A stretch of DNA of 64,000 bases from a virus (lineage: Duplodnaviria; Caudoviricetes), in the IMG/VR virus record IMGVR_UViG_3300049009_000874, positions 125,230-189,229 of that record; one strand, written 5' to 3'. Positions 1 through 9,831 of this stretch are shown piece by piece. Position numbers and translations under genes: made by a program. Positions within the stretch are counted from its first letter, which is position 1. Each line of letters starts with the position of its first letter. Below the pieces are notes generated by a model. That model was given only the letters and a program-made list of their open reading frames with translations, ran no database searches and was not told the origin of the DNA.

Positions 1-612
1 GCCGACAAGGGGTTCGAGTTCCCGAAGGAGTTCGACAGCGGAGTGAGGCTCAAGGATTTCATCGAGAAGGACGTCCCAGCGAAGTACACCATCAATCCAG
101 TCAAGACAGCCAAGTTCCTCGAGAGCATCGACGGGAAAAAGATAGAGGTCGGAGGCATCATGGTTTCGAGGAAGGGCGAGAAGTTCGACCGCGTCACGGA
201 ATGCGCCAACACCCTCATGGCTAGGGACTACAAGGGTTTCGGCAACCAGTCCATGAACGCCGTTCTGGAGTCCATACCGAACGAAATATCCGACAACTCG
301 CTGATACAGCTCGGATGCCTCTCAGGAAGCAACTCGCAGGCGAACAGGGTGTACAGCACGGACGGCGTGTCTGCGACCCTGTGCGGCATCAGCGGGGGAT
401 GGGGAGCGAAGACGGGTCTCTACGTCGAGCAGACCAGGGTCAGGAGGCTTTGCCCCAAGGAATGCTTCAGGCTGATGGGTTTCGACGACGCCGACTACGA
501 GAAGGTCGTAGCCGCCGGCATCGTAAGCGACACCCAGCTGTACAAGCAGGCTGGGAACAGCATCGTCGTCAATGTTCTGGAATGCATATTCAAGAGCATT
601 TTCGGAAATTGA
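1..612 (+). CDS. C5 DNA cytosine methyltransferase, C-terminal part (5' end outside window)
   Basis: Frame is open from base 1. Contains motifs IX/X, RRLCPKECFRLMGF and QLYKQAGNSIVV. Confidence 0.9.
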   Translation, partial: ADKGFEFPKEFDSGVRLKDFIEKDVPAKYTINPVKTAKFLESIDGKKIEVGGIMVSRKGEKFDRVTECANTLMARDYKGFGNQSMNAVLESIPNEISDNSLIQLGCLSGSNSQANRVYSTDGVSATLCGISGGWGAKTGLYVEQTRVRRLCPKECFRLMGFDDADYEKVVAAGIVSDTQLYKQAGNSIVVNVLECIFKSIFGN

Positions 613-648
613 CAAGAGGTTCCAGATCCAAAAAACATACATATGTTC

Positions 649-1362
649 ATGGATTTCAAGCAATTCCTGTATACCGAGTCCTCGAAGCCAGCCATGTTGG
701 GCAAATACCGCATCACGTACATAGACTCCAATAAATTCAGGAAGAAATCACTTCTGAACGTCGAGTTCTGCACCGCCGCGGTCCACGACGATTTCCCCAG
801 ACACATAAAGAAGGACGAGATATGGATTGACGACAGCATCAAGCCGAAGGAGATACCAACCATCCTCAAGGGTTTGTCTGTCAGGCTGTCGGAAATCGAG
901 AATGGCGGGAAGAACCCGTACGAGAAGGGAATCGCCGCGGAGAAAAAAGAAAGGAACGAACACAGGGAAAAGCTGAAGAAGAAGAAGCACATGACCATAA
1001 AGGACTACAGCGGCGAAATCGAAGTGTATCTGGTCAGCGGCAAGGCTGTCAGGGACAACTACAAGACGGATTTCTCGCAGGGGGGTCACGGCTACGTCTA
1101 CGACTGGATACCGAAGAACGAGATATGGATAGAGGACGAGGAGAAGGACGAGATTGCTCCGATCCTTGCCCACGAGTACATCGAGATGGTCCTCATGAAG
1201 GAGAGCGGCTGGAAGTATCCCAAAGCCCACGAGATGGCTTCCGACATAGAGCAGCAACTCAGGAAGAAAAACCTGACGATGAAGGGGATCGACAAGGTTG
1301 TCAAGAACATATCGATACTTGTGCCGGAAGTAAACAAGCCAAGATCCAAGAGAAAAAGCTAA
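649..1362 (+). CDS. Putative zincin-like protein with N-terminal FxxFL..E tag
   Basis: Starts MDFKQFLYTES. Two internal IxKxEIWI[DE] repeats and ILAHEYIE (HExxE). CATACATA motif lies 5 nt upstream. Confidence 0.55.
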   Translation: MDFKQFLYTESSKPAMLGKYRITYIDSNKFRKKSLLNVEFCTAAVHDDFPRHIKKDEIWIDDSIKPKEIPTILKGLSVRLSEIENGGKNPYEKGIAAEKKERNEHREKLKKKKHMTIKDYSGEIEVYLVSGKAVRDNYKTDFSQGGHGYVYDWIPKNEIWIEDEEKDEIAPILAHEYIEMVLMKESGWKYPKAHEMASDIEQQLRKKNLTMKGIDKVVKNISILVPEVNKPRSKRKS

Positions 1363-1364
1363 GC

Positions 1365-2000
1365 CTATCTCGCCACGGACCTCTCCACAGCCTTGTCGAA
1401 AAGGCTGAGGAACTTCGACATCGGCTTCAGTTCTGGGTACGGTATCTCGTAGTTCCTGTGGTTTCCCCTCCTGGCGCAGACTATAGGTCGGGAGACTATC
1501 TTCTCCCTGGTCTGGTATCCGATATACGATATGACCGCTTCCCCCGCAGCCTTGTCCTCGCTCTCGACGTAGGCGAACGCGTATATGTCGGACCCCAACT
1601 CCTGCCTTTTCCCGTATTCGTCTATGCACCTTATCAAAGCGAGACCGTAGTTCCTAGCCGCCGTCTTCACGTCGAGACCATAGGAGAAGACGTCGAAGTC
1701 GGTGACGTTCCCGAACTCCTTGTACCCGAGGTTCACCGGCATCCCAGTCATCATGCCGAAAGCCATCTCCCCCAGTATCCCGACCCTCTCGGTCTTCCTC
1801 GGGTCGGAGGAGCTGTTGAGCATGCCCGGATTCCAGCCGCCTCCCACCTTGTTCTTCGTCCACCACGCGCTCGAAGCCGTCTCGCAAGCCTCGTAGTCCG
1901 AGCCTCTGACGACTATCTTGTGGACGTCCAGCTCCACTCCGTTGAACCATTCCCTGTGCACGTTCGGACCGACCCTCGTCGGGAAATAAAGATCATCCAT
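1365..2000 (-). CDS. Putative PD-(D/E)XK nuclease-fold protein
   Basis: Start reassigned to MDDLYF at 2000, directly after the MTase stop. Pattern GILGEMAF...TDFDV...LDVKT. Confidence 0.5.
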   Translation of the reverse strand: MDDLYFPTRVGPNVHREWFNGVELDVHKIVVRGSDYEACETASSAWWTKNKVGGGWNPGMLNSSSDPRKTERVGILGEMAFGMMTGMPVNLGYKEFGNVTDFDVFSYGLDVKTAARNYGLALIRCIDEYGKRQELGSDIYAFAYVESEDKAAGEAVISYIGYQTREKIVSRPIVCARRGNHRNYEIPYPELKPMSKFLSLFDKAVERSVAR

Positions 2001-2002
2001 TT

Positions 2003-2872
2003 TCACGCCTCGCAGTTGGATATTATGAGTTCGCCCTTTCTGTTGGAAAGCCTTTTCCCGCTGTCCTTGTCCTTGTTCGCGTTGATGCTGTAGTTGACGT
2101 CGATCTCCTTCACGCAAGCCCAGGAGTATATGTCCCTTATCTCCCTGCAGTCGTCGTAGGACAGGACCCACCTGTGGCTCGTCTTCCTGAGCATCTTCGA
2201 CAGGCGGAGGTGGTCGAACGAAGTCATCCCGCACTGGTACAGTTCGTTGCCCTTGATGTAGTACGGAGGGTCTATGTACAAGAGGACGTCCGACCCGCCC
2301 TCGAGCACCAGGGTCTCGAAATCGTGGACCGAGCATGATTCCTTGCGAACCTTGACGCCCGACAAGACATGGTGTATCTTGTCTATCTTCGAGCATATGT
2401 TCTTCGGGTTCCACCTGCACCCGATCTTGTATTCCGAAGCCTGGCTCATTCCGCCTAGCGGACCGCCTGACATGGTCCCGAGACCAGAGTACGAAGTCTG
2501 GTGTATCGCCATCTTCTTGAAGCCGACCGCAACGATCCCGTCGATGACCTCCGGAACGCGGTCGATGGCGGAAAGTTCAGCCTTCATGTCGCAGAACGAT
2601 ACTACGGATGGCGTGAACGAACGAACCATGTCCTTCAGTTGCTCGTGGTGCGATATGACGGAAGTCCACAGGCATGATATGCCGACGTCGCGGTCGTTCA
2701 CCCACAAGTCCCTGACTCCAAGGCTGACCATGTGGAGACCTATGCTGCCTCCTCCGAAGAAAGGCTCTCGGTATTGGACGGATCCCAAGCCGGCGGTTGC
2801 GGATTTCTCCAGTTGTTCCGCGATCACGTCCTTGATTTTCGTCTTCCCGCCCGGATACCTGAAAAAAGACAT
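2003..2872 (-). CDS. Dam-family (D12 class) N6-adenine DNA methyltransferase
   Basis: FRYPGGK, EPFFGGGS, VNDRD and YIDPPY motifs. Confidence 0.92.
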   Translation of the reverse strand: MSFFRYPGGKTKIKDVIAEQLEKSATAGLGSVQYREPFFGGGSIGLHMVSLGVRDLWVNDRDVGISCLWTSVISHHEQLKDMVRSFTPSVVSFCDMKAELSAIDRVPEVIDGIVAVGFKKMAIHQTSYSGLGTMSGGPLGGMSQASEYKIGCRWNPKNICSKIDKIHHVLSGVKVRKESCSVHDFETLVLEGGSDVLLYIDPPYYIKGNELYQCGMTSFDHLRLSKMLRKTSHRWVLSYDDCREIRDIYSWACVKEIDVNYSINANKDKDSGKRLSNRKGELIISNCEA

Positions 2873-2977
2873 ATATGAAAAATCCTCGAAATATATCAGA
2901 ATCCATTCTTCGTTAAATATCTTTTACCACCAACAAGGTATTTTTTCAAGTTGATTGTGCGTGAGCCTACATATATT

Positions 2978-3211
2978 ATGAACGAAAAAGACTACTATCT
3001 GGACGATAAAGGCAATTTTGTTTTCACCGAGGCTTACCATCTCCGCAGGGGGTCGTGCTGCGGCAACGGGTGCCGCCATTGCCCGTGGTCCAATCTTTCC
3101 GGAAAAAAAGATTCGGTAACTCAATTAAACGAAACAGGGGGAAACGAACATGATGTCTTTTTTGAGAAACCTGATGGGTCTGGGAGCGAACCAAAGGACG
3201 GCGAGCCTTGA
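2978..3211 (+). CDS. DUF5522-like small Cys-rich protein
   Basis: VFTEAYHLRRGSCCGNGCRHCPW signature. ATG lies 4 nt after CTACATA. Confidence 0.8.
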   Translation: MNEKDYYLDDKGNFVFTEAYHLRRGSCCGNGCRHCPWSNLSGKKDSVTQLNETGGNEHDVFFEKPDGSGSEPKDGEP

Positions 3212-3485
3212 GATGGAGGTCGAAAGCCTCAACGACCAGATTATCGCGTTGACCGGGGAATTGTCCTTGTGCGAGAAGGAGCGAGACCACCTAGCCGCCG
3301 ACTTAATACATTTCTCGCAAGAAACAAAGAAACTGGCAGCCGACATATCCTCGACGCGAGAGGAGATTGGCAAACTGGAGTCGAGATTCCAGCAATGCAT
3401 GTCTAAAAACTTACTTCTGAAGTCCAAGAACGACAGGCTGAGAGACCTATTCAATTCGGCCATCGCCATAAATGACGAAAATTGA
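3150..3485 (+). CDS. Coiled-coil hypothetical protein
   Basis: Heptad pattern; GGGGG ribosome-binding site (RBS) upstream. Confidence 0.65.
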   Translation: MMSFLRNLMGLGANQRTASLEMEVESLNDQIIALTGELSLCEKERDHLAADLIHFSQETKKLAADISSTREEIGKLESRFQQCMSKNLLLKSKNDRLRDLFNSAIAINDEN

Positions 3486-3550
3486 CTTCTTTCAATTTAT
3501 GATTTCGATTATCATTGTGTCGTTGAAACCACGGACCCGGACGCGTTGCG

Positions 3551-3757
3551 ATGAATGTAGACTTGATACTCCACGAGATATTGGCAGACCACTCAGCCAG
3601 AAACGGCTCGTGGATCATCTACGACGGAAACAGCTACCATATAGACCAGTCCAGGGTCGACCATGTCGTTTACGACAACACCTCAAGCCTCACTTTGAGG
3701 GAAGCGATAGAATCCCTGAAATTGCACGTCAGAAAAAGATTGAACTCAAATATATAG
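3551..3757 (+). CDS. Hypothetical protein
   Basis: 68 aa ORF with protein-like composition and codon usage like its neighbours. Confidence 0.5.
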   Translation: MNVDLILHEILADHSARNGSWIIYDGNSYHIDQSRVDHVVYDNTSSLTLREAIESLKLHVRKRLNSNI

Positions 3758-3862
3758 TTTGTGTTTGATTTGCTTTGTTTTTACTTCTTTTTTCATTCAT
3801 TGAAGAGAATATTTGAAATAAAACATCGTAAATAGATTTGTAATATTTTACGAGGATTTATC

Positions 3863-5566
3863 ATGCGCGCTTATTCTTTTCATGAATTTTTTAATCACAA
3901 AAAACGATCTGACGTTTTTGCATTTCTGGATTCTCGCCACGGGACGATCGACGAATCTGTTCTCCAAGAGCTTTATTTCAATTTCGGCAACGATGATGTC
4001 GTGAATGAAGCTTGGGGAGATTGGCTGAGCAAAGCCAAAGGGATGGCGCAAAACGTGGCGGCTGGAGCGGCGAACGTGGCGGCTGGAGCGGTCAAAGGCG
4101 CGAAAGAGTTCGGAAAAGGGTTCGTGCAAGGGTCGCAGCAAGGCTACAAAGACACAAGGACCGATGCCGGCGTGAAGAAAATCGAAAATATCGCAGCCAG
4201 CATCGGCGAGCTCAGCAAGAAATTCACCCAGAAATACAAGATCGACCCAGTAACGGCAGCCATCATGATTGGCTCCGGCGCGACTGGCGGCTTGGGAACA
4301 ATACCTATGCTCGCGATGGCTGTAGGATTGAGAAAAGGCAGCGCTTGGCTTGCCGGGAAAGGAATGGACGCGGCTTGGAAAAAAGCGACCGGTAAAACGC
4401 CGGCAGAACTGGACCAGATGTGGCAGTCGAAAATCAGCGACACCAAGGCGCCAGCAACAGCAGCCCCAGCGGCGATGGCGAGACCGGCAGCACCGCAACC
4501 AGCCCCAGCGGCGATGGCGAGACCGGCAGCACCGCAACCAGCCCCAGCGGCGATGGCGAGACCGGCAGCCCCCGACTCCGACCAGTTCCATTACGAGACG
4601 TTCAATAGATCGAAAACCTCGTTTGTCGCTTTCTTGGAAAACAAGGACGCCGGTTTGTACCAGAACATAATCGACGAGGGGATGTGGGACAGCGCGAAAG
4701 GATTTTTCACCGGCGCCCTGAACAAAGGCGCAGACGTAGCCAGAGGATACGCAAAAGACATCGAGGATCAAGGATTCGCGAGGGCGACCGGGTCGCTGGT
4801 AGGCAAAGGCGCGGGCAAAGCCGCGGGAACTTTTTCGAACTCGGTTATTGTCTTCGCGAAAAGCCTGCAAAACGCTGGATCGTTCATGGTCAACAACCCA
4901 GTCAAGACGGGAACAATGCTGATGGCTATCGCAGCCGGATCCATGATCGGGAGCTACGGTACTCAAGCAATCAACAGTTTCATCGACAAGCCGTCCGCAG
5001 ACCAAATCCAGGACTTGACCGCCGCCGCAAAACAAGCTGGCGTCCCAGACGGCGAAATACAATCAATGCATCGAGATTCCGGATATTCCGGTAGCGGCGG
5101 CGATTTCGACACGAAAGACACCTCATATTCCGGTGCTGGCGGCGATTTCGGCGATGCTCCGGGTGCAGAAAAATTCTTACCATCAAAAGACATAAAAGGT
5201 TGGAATAGTGATCTTGGTGATTTCACAATAAAAGAACTCCCGAACGGACAACAAGTAGTGCAAACAACTGATGGAAATCTCTATACACACACAAGGGGTA
5301 ATGTTTCTGGTCAAGAAATTTATCAAAAAGTAGATGATGTAACTGGGAAAGCAATTGGAAAACCCACTTATCACCCGATACAGGACAATGGTCCAACTGG
5401 TGCAGATTTCGTTCCGAAAGACCCGAACTACAAAGGTTTGTATTCTGCGACTCCTAAGTTAAACGATCTGGACGGAACAACCATGCCACGGCTTGATGGG
5501 CAAACCTTTGATGGAAAAACTTGGAGTGGCGGAAAGATGTCTATACCAACCCATAGAGGTGGATAG
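3863..5566 (+). CDS. Putative virion internal protein with two hydrophobic modules and an Ala/Pro linker
   Basis: GAGG RBS. Starts MRAYSFHEFF, with an internal SFVAFLENKD...IIDEG. Gly/Ala-rich hydrophobic helices. Confidence 0.7.
   Translation: MRAYSFHEFFNHKKRSDVFAFLDSRHGTIDESVLQELYFNFGNDDVVNEAWGDWLSKAKGMAQNVAAGAANVAAGAVKGAKEFGKGFVQGSQQGYKDTRTDAGVKKIENIAASIGELSKKFTQKYKIDPVTAAIMIGSGATGGLGTIPMLAMAVGLRKGSAWLAGKGMDAAWKKATGKTPAELDQMWQSKISDTKAPATAAPAAMARPAAPQPAPAAMARPAAPQPAPAAMARPAAPDSDQFHYETFNRSKTSFVAFLENKDAGLYQNIIDEGMWDSAKGFFTGALNKGADVARGYAKDIEDQGFARATGSLVGKGAGKAAGTFSNSVIVFAKSLQNAGSFMVNNPVKTGTMLMAIAAGSMIGSYGTQAINSFIDKPSADQIQDLTAAAKQAGVPDGEIQSMHRDSGYSGSGGDFDTKDTSYSGAGGDFGDAPGAEKFLPSKDIKGWNSDLGDFTIKELPNGQQVVQTTDGNLYTHTRGNVSGQEIYQKVDDVTGKAIGKPTYHPIQDNGPTGADFVPKDPNYKGLYSATPKLNDLDGTTMPRLDGQTFDGKTWSGGKMSIPTHRGG
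4461..4571 (+). repeat. About three copies of a 39-bp in-frame tandem repeat (PAAMARPAAPQPA)
   Basis: cagccccagcggcgatggcgagaccggcagcaccgcaac is repeated. Confidence 0.92.
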
Positions 5567-5759
5567 TAACAGCAAAATTCAAAGAATGCTTTAAAAAACA
5601 AATTGCATTCCTTGTGGTTTCTGATGATTTACGACTGATAGTTCCAATTGTCGATAATTGGTGGAAAAAAGCCATGGTAATTGGATCTGATATGCGACCA
5701 TTAAATGTCTAAATTCACAATCATAGCATATATATGAAAGAATCAATCAAGGAGCTTAT

Positions 5760-6341
5760 ATGGCAGACTCTATGTATCATCAAAGAATAGGACTTACCTT
5801 CAAAAACAGGTATCCAGAGATATTTGATTATTGTTCTAAAATGAAGAACGGCGACGTGAAAATAATGTCTTTCGGCTGTTCGATTGGAACCGAATGCTCA
5901 GATCTAAGGACTTATTTTCCAGATGCCACCATAGTTGGCGTGGACATCAACGAAAGACTCTTGGAGATAGCAAAAAAAAGAAACCCAAACGAAAAAACAA
6001 TCTATGACACGAGTACTGAAGCCCATAGCGGTTTCGACTTCATATTCTGCATGACCGTTCTTTGCAGCTACCCAAAAACACGAAACCTGAAAAACTGCGG
6101 AGAAGTATATCCATTCTCGAAATTCGAGGAAACAGTTCTTTCTCTGGTTGGGAAATTGAATGATGGTGGAAGCATCGTAATATGCAATTCGAACTTCAGA
6201 TTCGCAGATGTCAGTTGTGCTTCTTCATTCGAAGCGATATCTGTTGAAAACAAGAAACCAATCATAAATGTTCCTAAATTCGACAATCAAAACAACATAT
6301 GTGAAGAAGACTATCCGTTCTGTATTTTCAAAAAAAATTAA
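5760..6341 (+). CDS. Class I SAM-dependent methyltransferase
   Basis: IMSFGCSIG, IVGVDIN and FDFIFC motifs; AGGAG RBS. Confidence 0.8.
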   Translation: MADSMYHQRIGLTFKNRYPEIFDYCSKMKNGDVKIMSFGCSIGTECSDLRTYFPDATIVGVDINERLLEIAKKRNPNEKTIYDTSTEAHSGFDFIFCMTVLCSYPKTRNLKNCGEVYPFSKFEETVLSLVGKLNDGGSIVICNSNFRFADVSCASSFEAISVENKKPIINVPKFDNQNNICEEDYPFCIFKKN

Positions 6342-6353
6342 GTAGGAGTTAAA

Positions 6354-7844
6354 ATGGCAGACAATCAACTTTGGGCATGGGGAGAGGGAAATGGAGGACA
6401 ATTAGGAGATGGAACGACAGTAAGCAAATCATCTCCAGTTCAAGTCTTGGGTTCCAACTACAACTGGAGAAGCGTTTATAGTGGTACTTTTCATTCCACT
6501 GGCATCAAGAAAAACAACACCCTATGGACTTGGGGTCTCAATTATGCAGGACAATTAGGAAACGGAACGATAATCAACGAATCAGTTCCAATACAAATTG
6601 GAGAGTCCGATTGGAGCCAGTCTTCATGTGGTGGTTTCCATACAATAGCAATAAAGACTGACGGAACGCTATGGTCTTGGGGCGAAGGTTCATTTGGCGA
6701 ACTCGGAGACGAAACAACAACAGATAGATCTTCACCAGTACAAGTCGGCAACCAAACGACTTGGAAAGAAGTTTCGAGTGGTGTTTTCACCGTTTCGGCA
6801 ATAAAGACCAATGGTACGCTATGGGCTTGGGGCGAAGGTCTTTCTGGACAAATTGGAAATGGGGAAACTGGAGTTTGGAGTTCCCCTGTTCAGATCGGAA
6901 ACGAAACGAATTGGAAACAGGTTTCCAATGGCTATTCTCACACCGCAGCAGTAAAGACCGATGGTACGCTATGGGCTTGGGGAGATAATTCTTATGGTCG
7001 ATTGGGAGATGGAACCCAAACAGACACATCGTCTCCGATACAGATTGGAAACGAAACAAACTGGAAGCAAGTGGATTGCGGAGCCTCACATACCGCTGCG
7101 ATAAAAACGAACGGAACTCTTTGGGCTTGGGGCGAAGGTTCGAATGGACAATTGGGCGATGGAAACCAAACACAAACATCATCCCCGATACAAGTCGGAA
7201 ACGGGAGCAATTGGTTAAAGGTTTCCTGCGGATCAGACTTCACCTGTGCTGTCAAGACAGACAAAACCATGTGGACTTGGGGAGATAATTATAAGGGAAA
7301 ATTGGGCGATGGAACCACAGAAGACAAATCATCACCAGTCCAGATAAGTGGCGACAAATATTGGAGCGATGTGGCTTGCGGATTTTTAAACACCCTAGCT
7401 ATAACTGGTAATGCCCCAGTAAGGTTCAATTTCGTACATCCGACCTACACGTTCGAGGTCGTCACATACACGCCAGAAAGCCTGATAGCCCTGGCTCCCT
7501 ACCCGGACTCGTTGGAGCATCTGGTTCTTAACCTGCAGGCTCAGGAAGTCGTCGTCAACAACAGAAATTACAAGCATGGAGACAGGTTCACGGAATTCGG
7601 TTCAAGAGCCATACGACTCAAACAGTTGTATGTTGATTCAAGCGATCCCGTGCTGAAGATAGTCTGTGACGACGGTTACAGATTCGAGAACAACAGATGC
7701 GTTCTTGACTGTTCCGAAGGCGAAACGGCATGCGGTGGCGTTTGTTCCAACCTGCTTACCGACAATGACAATTGCGGGTCGTGCGCCAATGTTTGTCCAG
7801 ATGGATTTTCATGCACAAATGGAGTTTGCGCAACACCAACATAA
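6354..7844 (+). CDS. RCC1-repeat beta-propeller protein with C-terminal Cys-rich (STIG1-like) module
   Basis: About seven GTLWAWGxxxxGQLGxG...SSPxQ repeats. C-terminal CGGVC..LLTDNDNCGSCANVC...C..GVC. Confidence 0.9.
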   Translation: MADNQLWAWGEGNGGQLGDGTTVSKSSPVQVLGSNYNWRSVYSGTFHSTGIKKNNTLWTWGLNYAGQLGNGTIINESVPIQIGESDWSQSSCGGFHTIAIKTDGTLWSWGEGSFGELGDETTTDRSSPVQVGNQTTWKEVSSGVFTVSAIKTNGTLWAWGEGLSGQIGNGETGVWSSPVQIGNETNWKQVSNGYSHTAAVKTDGTLWAWGDNSYGRLGDGTQTDTSSPIQIGNETNWKQVDCGASHTAAIKTNGTLWAWGEGSNGQLGDGNQTQTSSPIQVGNGSNWLKVSCGSDFTCAVKTDKTMWTWGDNYKGKLGDGTTEDKSSPVQISGDKYWSDVACGFLNTLAITGNAPVRFNFVHPTYTFEVVTYTPESLIALAPYPDSLEHLVLNLQAQEVVVNNRNYKHGDRFTEFGSRAIRLKQLYVDSSDPVLKIVCDDGYRFENNRCVLDCSEGETACGGVCSNLLTDNDNCGSCANVCPDGFSCTNGVCATPT

Positions 7845-7881
7845 GCTCGGTTGTGGCAAAATATCGAAACCACTAGAGGCT

Positions 7882-8913
7882 TCAGGGATTTAACTTGACG
7901 AGAGATACGAACTCCTCGAACTTGTAGTCCTTGAAGCCATCCACGTACGTAAGCCTCACGCTTACATTCTCCTTCAGGCACTCCACGACAAAATTCTTCA
8001 GCTTGTCCTCCCTGTCCCCGAGCGGATCTGACACGATCTGGAGTTCGATGTCGTCCAGAGTGTGCTGTATGACCTTGTACCTTTTGATCCCGAAAGAATC
8101 GTGGTAATCCCGGCTCCCGACCAACGGCCATTTCCTGTCGCCGTTCGGGAGAACGAACATGTTCCTGATCCTTCCCTTGATGTTCTTTATGGTTTGCAGG
8201 CTCCTGCCGCATCCGCATTCCCCCAGTTCTATGTGGTCGCCGTTCTTGTACCTCCTGATGTACGGGTTCGTGAGGGTGCTTATGATCATCCCGCCATCGT
8301 GGTCGACCTCGACAATCTGGTTCTCCATGACATGGTGCACGCTAGGGTTGTCGGGGCACTGGATGGATATCGTGCCGCACTCCTCCGAAGAGAACATGGA
8401 TCCCCCCATCTCCCCGGTGCCCTTGTGGTCGATGAAGTTGCTGACCTTGCCCATGTCGAGTTGTTTCCTTATGGACGGCAGGCATTGCAGGTAATGGGGG
8501 TTCTTCTCCTCGACCCATGACTGTATCCTCGATATCGGCTCGAATCCCATGAAGAAGGTGTTACCCTGGACCTTGGCTATCGTCCTCGGGACCCCCCATG
8601 ATTCCTTGTCGTTCATTTTGGCGTCGCCTCTTATCACTGCTATGTTTTTCGACAGGTCCCATTTCCTCCAGAAGAACTCCCTTATGTTCGTGGCGAAGTA
8701 CCATATCTGGTCTCCGTAAGATTTCTCCACGGACACCGGTTCCCCGGTGGAGCCGGACGTCCTGCAGGTGTACAATCCCTTTTCCATTGGCGTGGAGCGA
8801 AGAGCATCCTTGCTCATTATCGGCAAGCCTCTGACCCGGTCGAAGTCGGTCTCGTGAAGCCTCTCGCTGTACCGGAACCCGTCGAAAACCGATTTTATGT
8901 CTGTTTCTCTCAT
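7882..8913 (-). CDS. Phenylacetate-CoA ligase-like (PaaK/CapK family) adenylate-forming enzyme
   Basis: TSGSTGEP, SSEECG, IRRYKNGD and CGCGR...IKGR. Start reassigned to MRETDIK, giving an ATGA overlap with the upstream gene. Confidence 0.8.
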   Translation of the reverse strand: MRETDIKSVFDGFRYSERLHETDFDRVRGLPIMSKDALRSTPMEKGLYTCRTSGSTGEPVSVEKSYGDQIWYFATNIREFFWRKWDLSKNIAVIRGDAKMNDKESWGVPRTIAKVQGNTFFMGFEPISRIQSWVEEKNPHYLQCLPSIRKQLDMGKVSNFIDHKGTGEMGGSMFSSEECGTISIQCPDNPSVHHVMENQIVEVDHDGGMIISTLTNPYIRRYKNGDHIELGECGCGRSLQTIKNIKGRIRNMFVLPNGDRKWPLVGSRDYHDSFGIKRYKVIQHTLDDIELQIVSDPLGDREDKLKNFVVECLKENVSVRLTYVDGFKDYKFEEFVSLVKLNP

Positions 8914-9356
8914 TTCTTGAATTTCCAAATGTAGAATGTGTAGTCCTCTTTCCTGCGGATCTCCTGTGGCTTGATCGAGAACCCGTCCTCGTCCGGGAAA
9001 AACTCGGCGACCATCATCGTCGGAAGCTTCCTGTTGAAGTGCCTGACCACCAGGTTGCTGCAGCACCTGCTGCACATCTCCAGCACCGATTCCGAAAGGG
9101 ATTCGGACAGGTTTAGCACCCCGTCGCCGATGATGTTGGTGTAGAAGTCCTTGTTGTCCGCCCAGTTCCGTATTATGACCGTGTCCCCGTCGTACCAGGG
9201 GTCTATGTCCATCTGCCTGTCGCTCAGCGGGATGATGTTCCTGGTGCATCCCAGCAGAAGCGTCGTCCCAGCCTCCATGCCGCTCTTGTATTCCAGCACG
9301 TCTTCCTCGGAAGGCGATAGAGGGTAGGGTCGGTCTTTCCAGTAGTTCTTGTCCAT
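8910..9356 (-). CDS. Divergent class I methyltransferase-like protein
   Basis: TLLLGCT and IIGDGVLNL patterns; translationally coupled to the ligase. Confidence 0.55.
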   Translation of the reverse strand: MDKNYWKDRPYPLSPSEEDVLEYKSGMEAGTTLLLGCTRNIIPLSDRQMDIDPWYDGDTVIIRNWADNKDFYTNIIGDGVLNLSESLSESVLEMCSRCCSNLVVRHFNRKLPTMMVAEFFPDEDGFSIKPQEIRRKEDYTFYIWKFKK

Positions 9357-9459
9357 GATTTATCTACTTCGGTCGCAAGTTAATTGGAAACATTTATTCG
9401 TCATACTTTAACACCAAAACATAGATAAAGTAAAGGAAAACCATCAGGAGACGCAACCG

Positions 9460-9831
9460 ATGACTAGAATTCTCACATGGATGTGGAACATGTTATTCCC
9501 TCAGAGAATGACAGTTTTTTCGCTTGACCAGGCGATTTCCATATTGTCCATCAGAGACAGTCGCTGGCGCAAGATAAGGGTCAAGCACGTCAAGGAGAAC
9601 CCGAGGTGCGCGGTTTGCGGAAGCGAAAGAAACCTTTCCGTGCACCATATAGTGCCGGTGCATGTCGACAGGTCCAAGGAACTTTGCGAGGAGAACCTTA
9701 TAACCCTGTGCCAGAACAGGACCATGAACTGCCATTTCATATTCGGGCATCTCCTCAACTGGACCAAGAGCAACCCAAGCGTAGTCGAGGACGCGAAGCT
9801 GTGGAGCAAGAAGCTGAGCGAAGCCGCCTAG
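9460..9831 (+). CDS. HNH endonuclease
   Basis: CAVCG...VHHIVP...NLITLC...CH; AGGAG RBS. Confidence 0.88.
   Translation: MTRILTWMWNMLFPQRMTVFSLDQAISILSIRDSRWRKIRVKHVKENPRCAVCGSERNLSVHHIVPVHVDRSKELCEENLITLCQNRTMNCHFIFGHLLNWTKSNPSVVEDAKLWSKKLSEAA

Noticed and set aside
8914-9249. N-terminal extension of the PaaK-like ORF, and similar extensions at 2001-2420 and 62101-62241
   Set aside because: They overlap genuine upstream genes in another frame; downstream coupled starts fit better.
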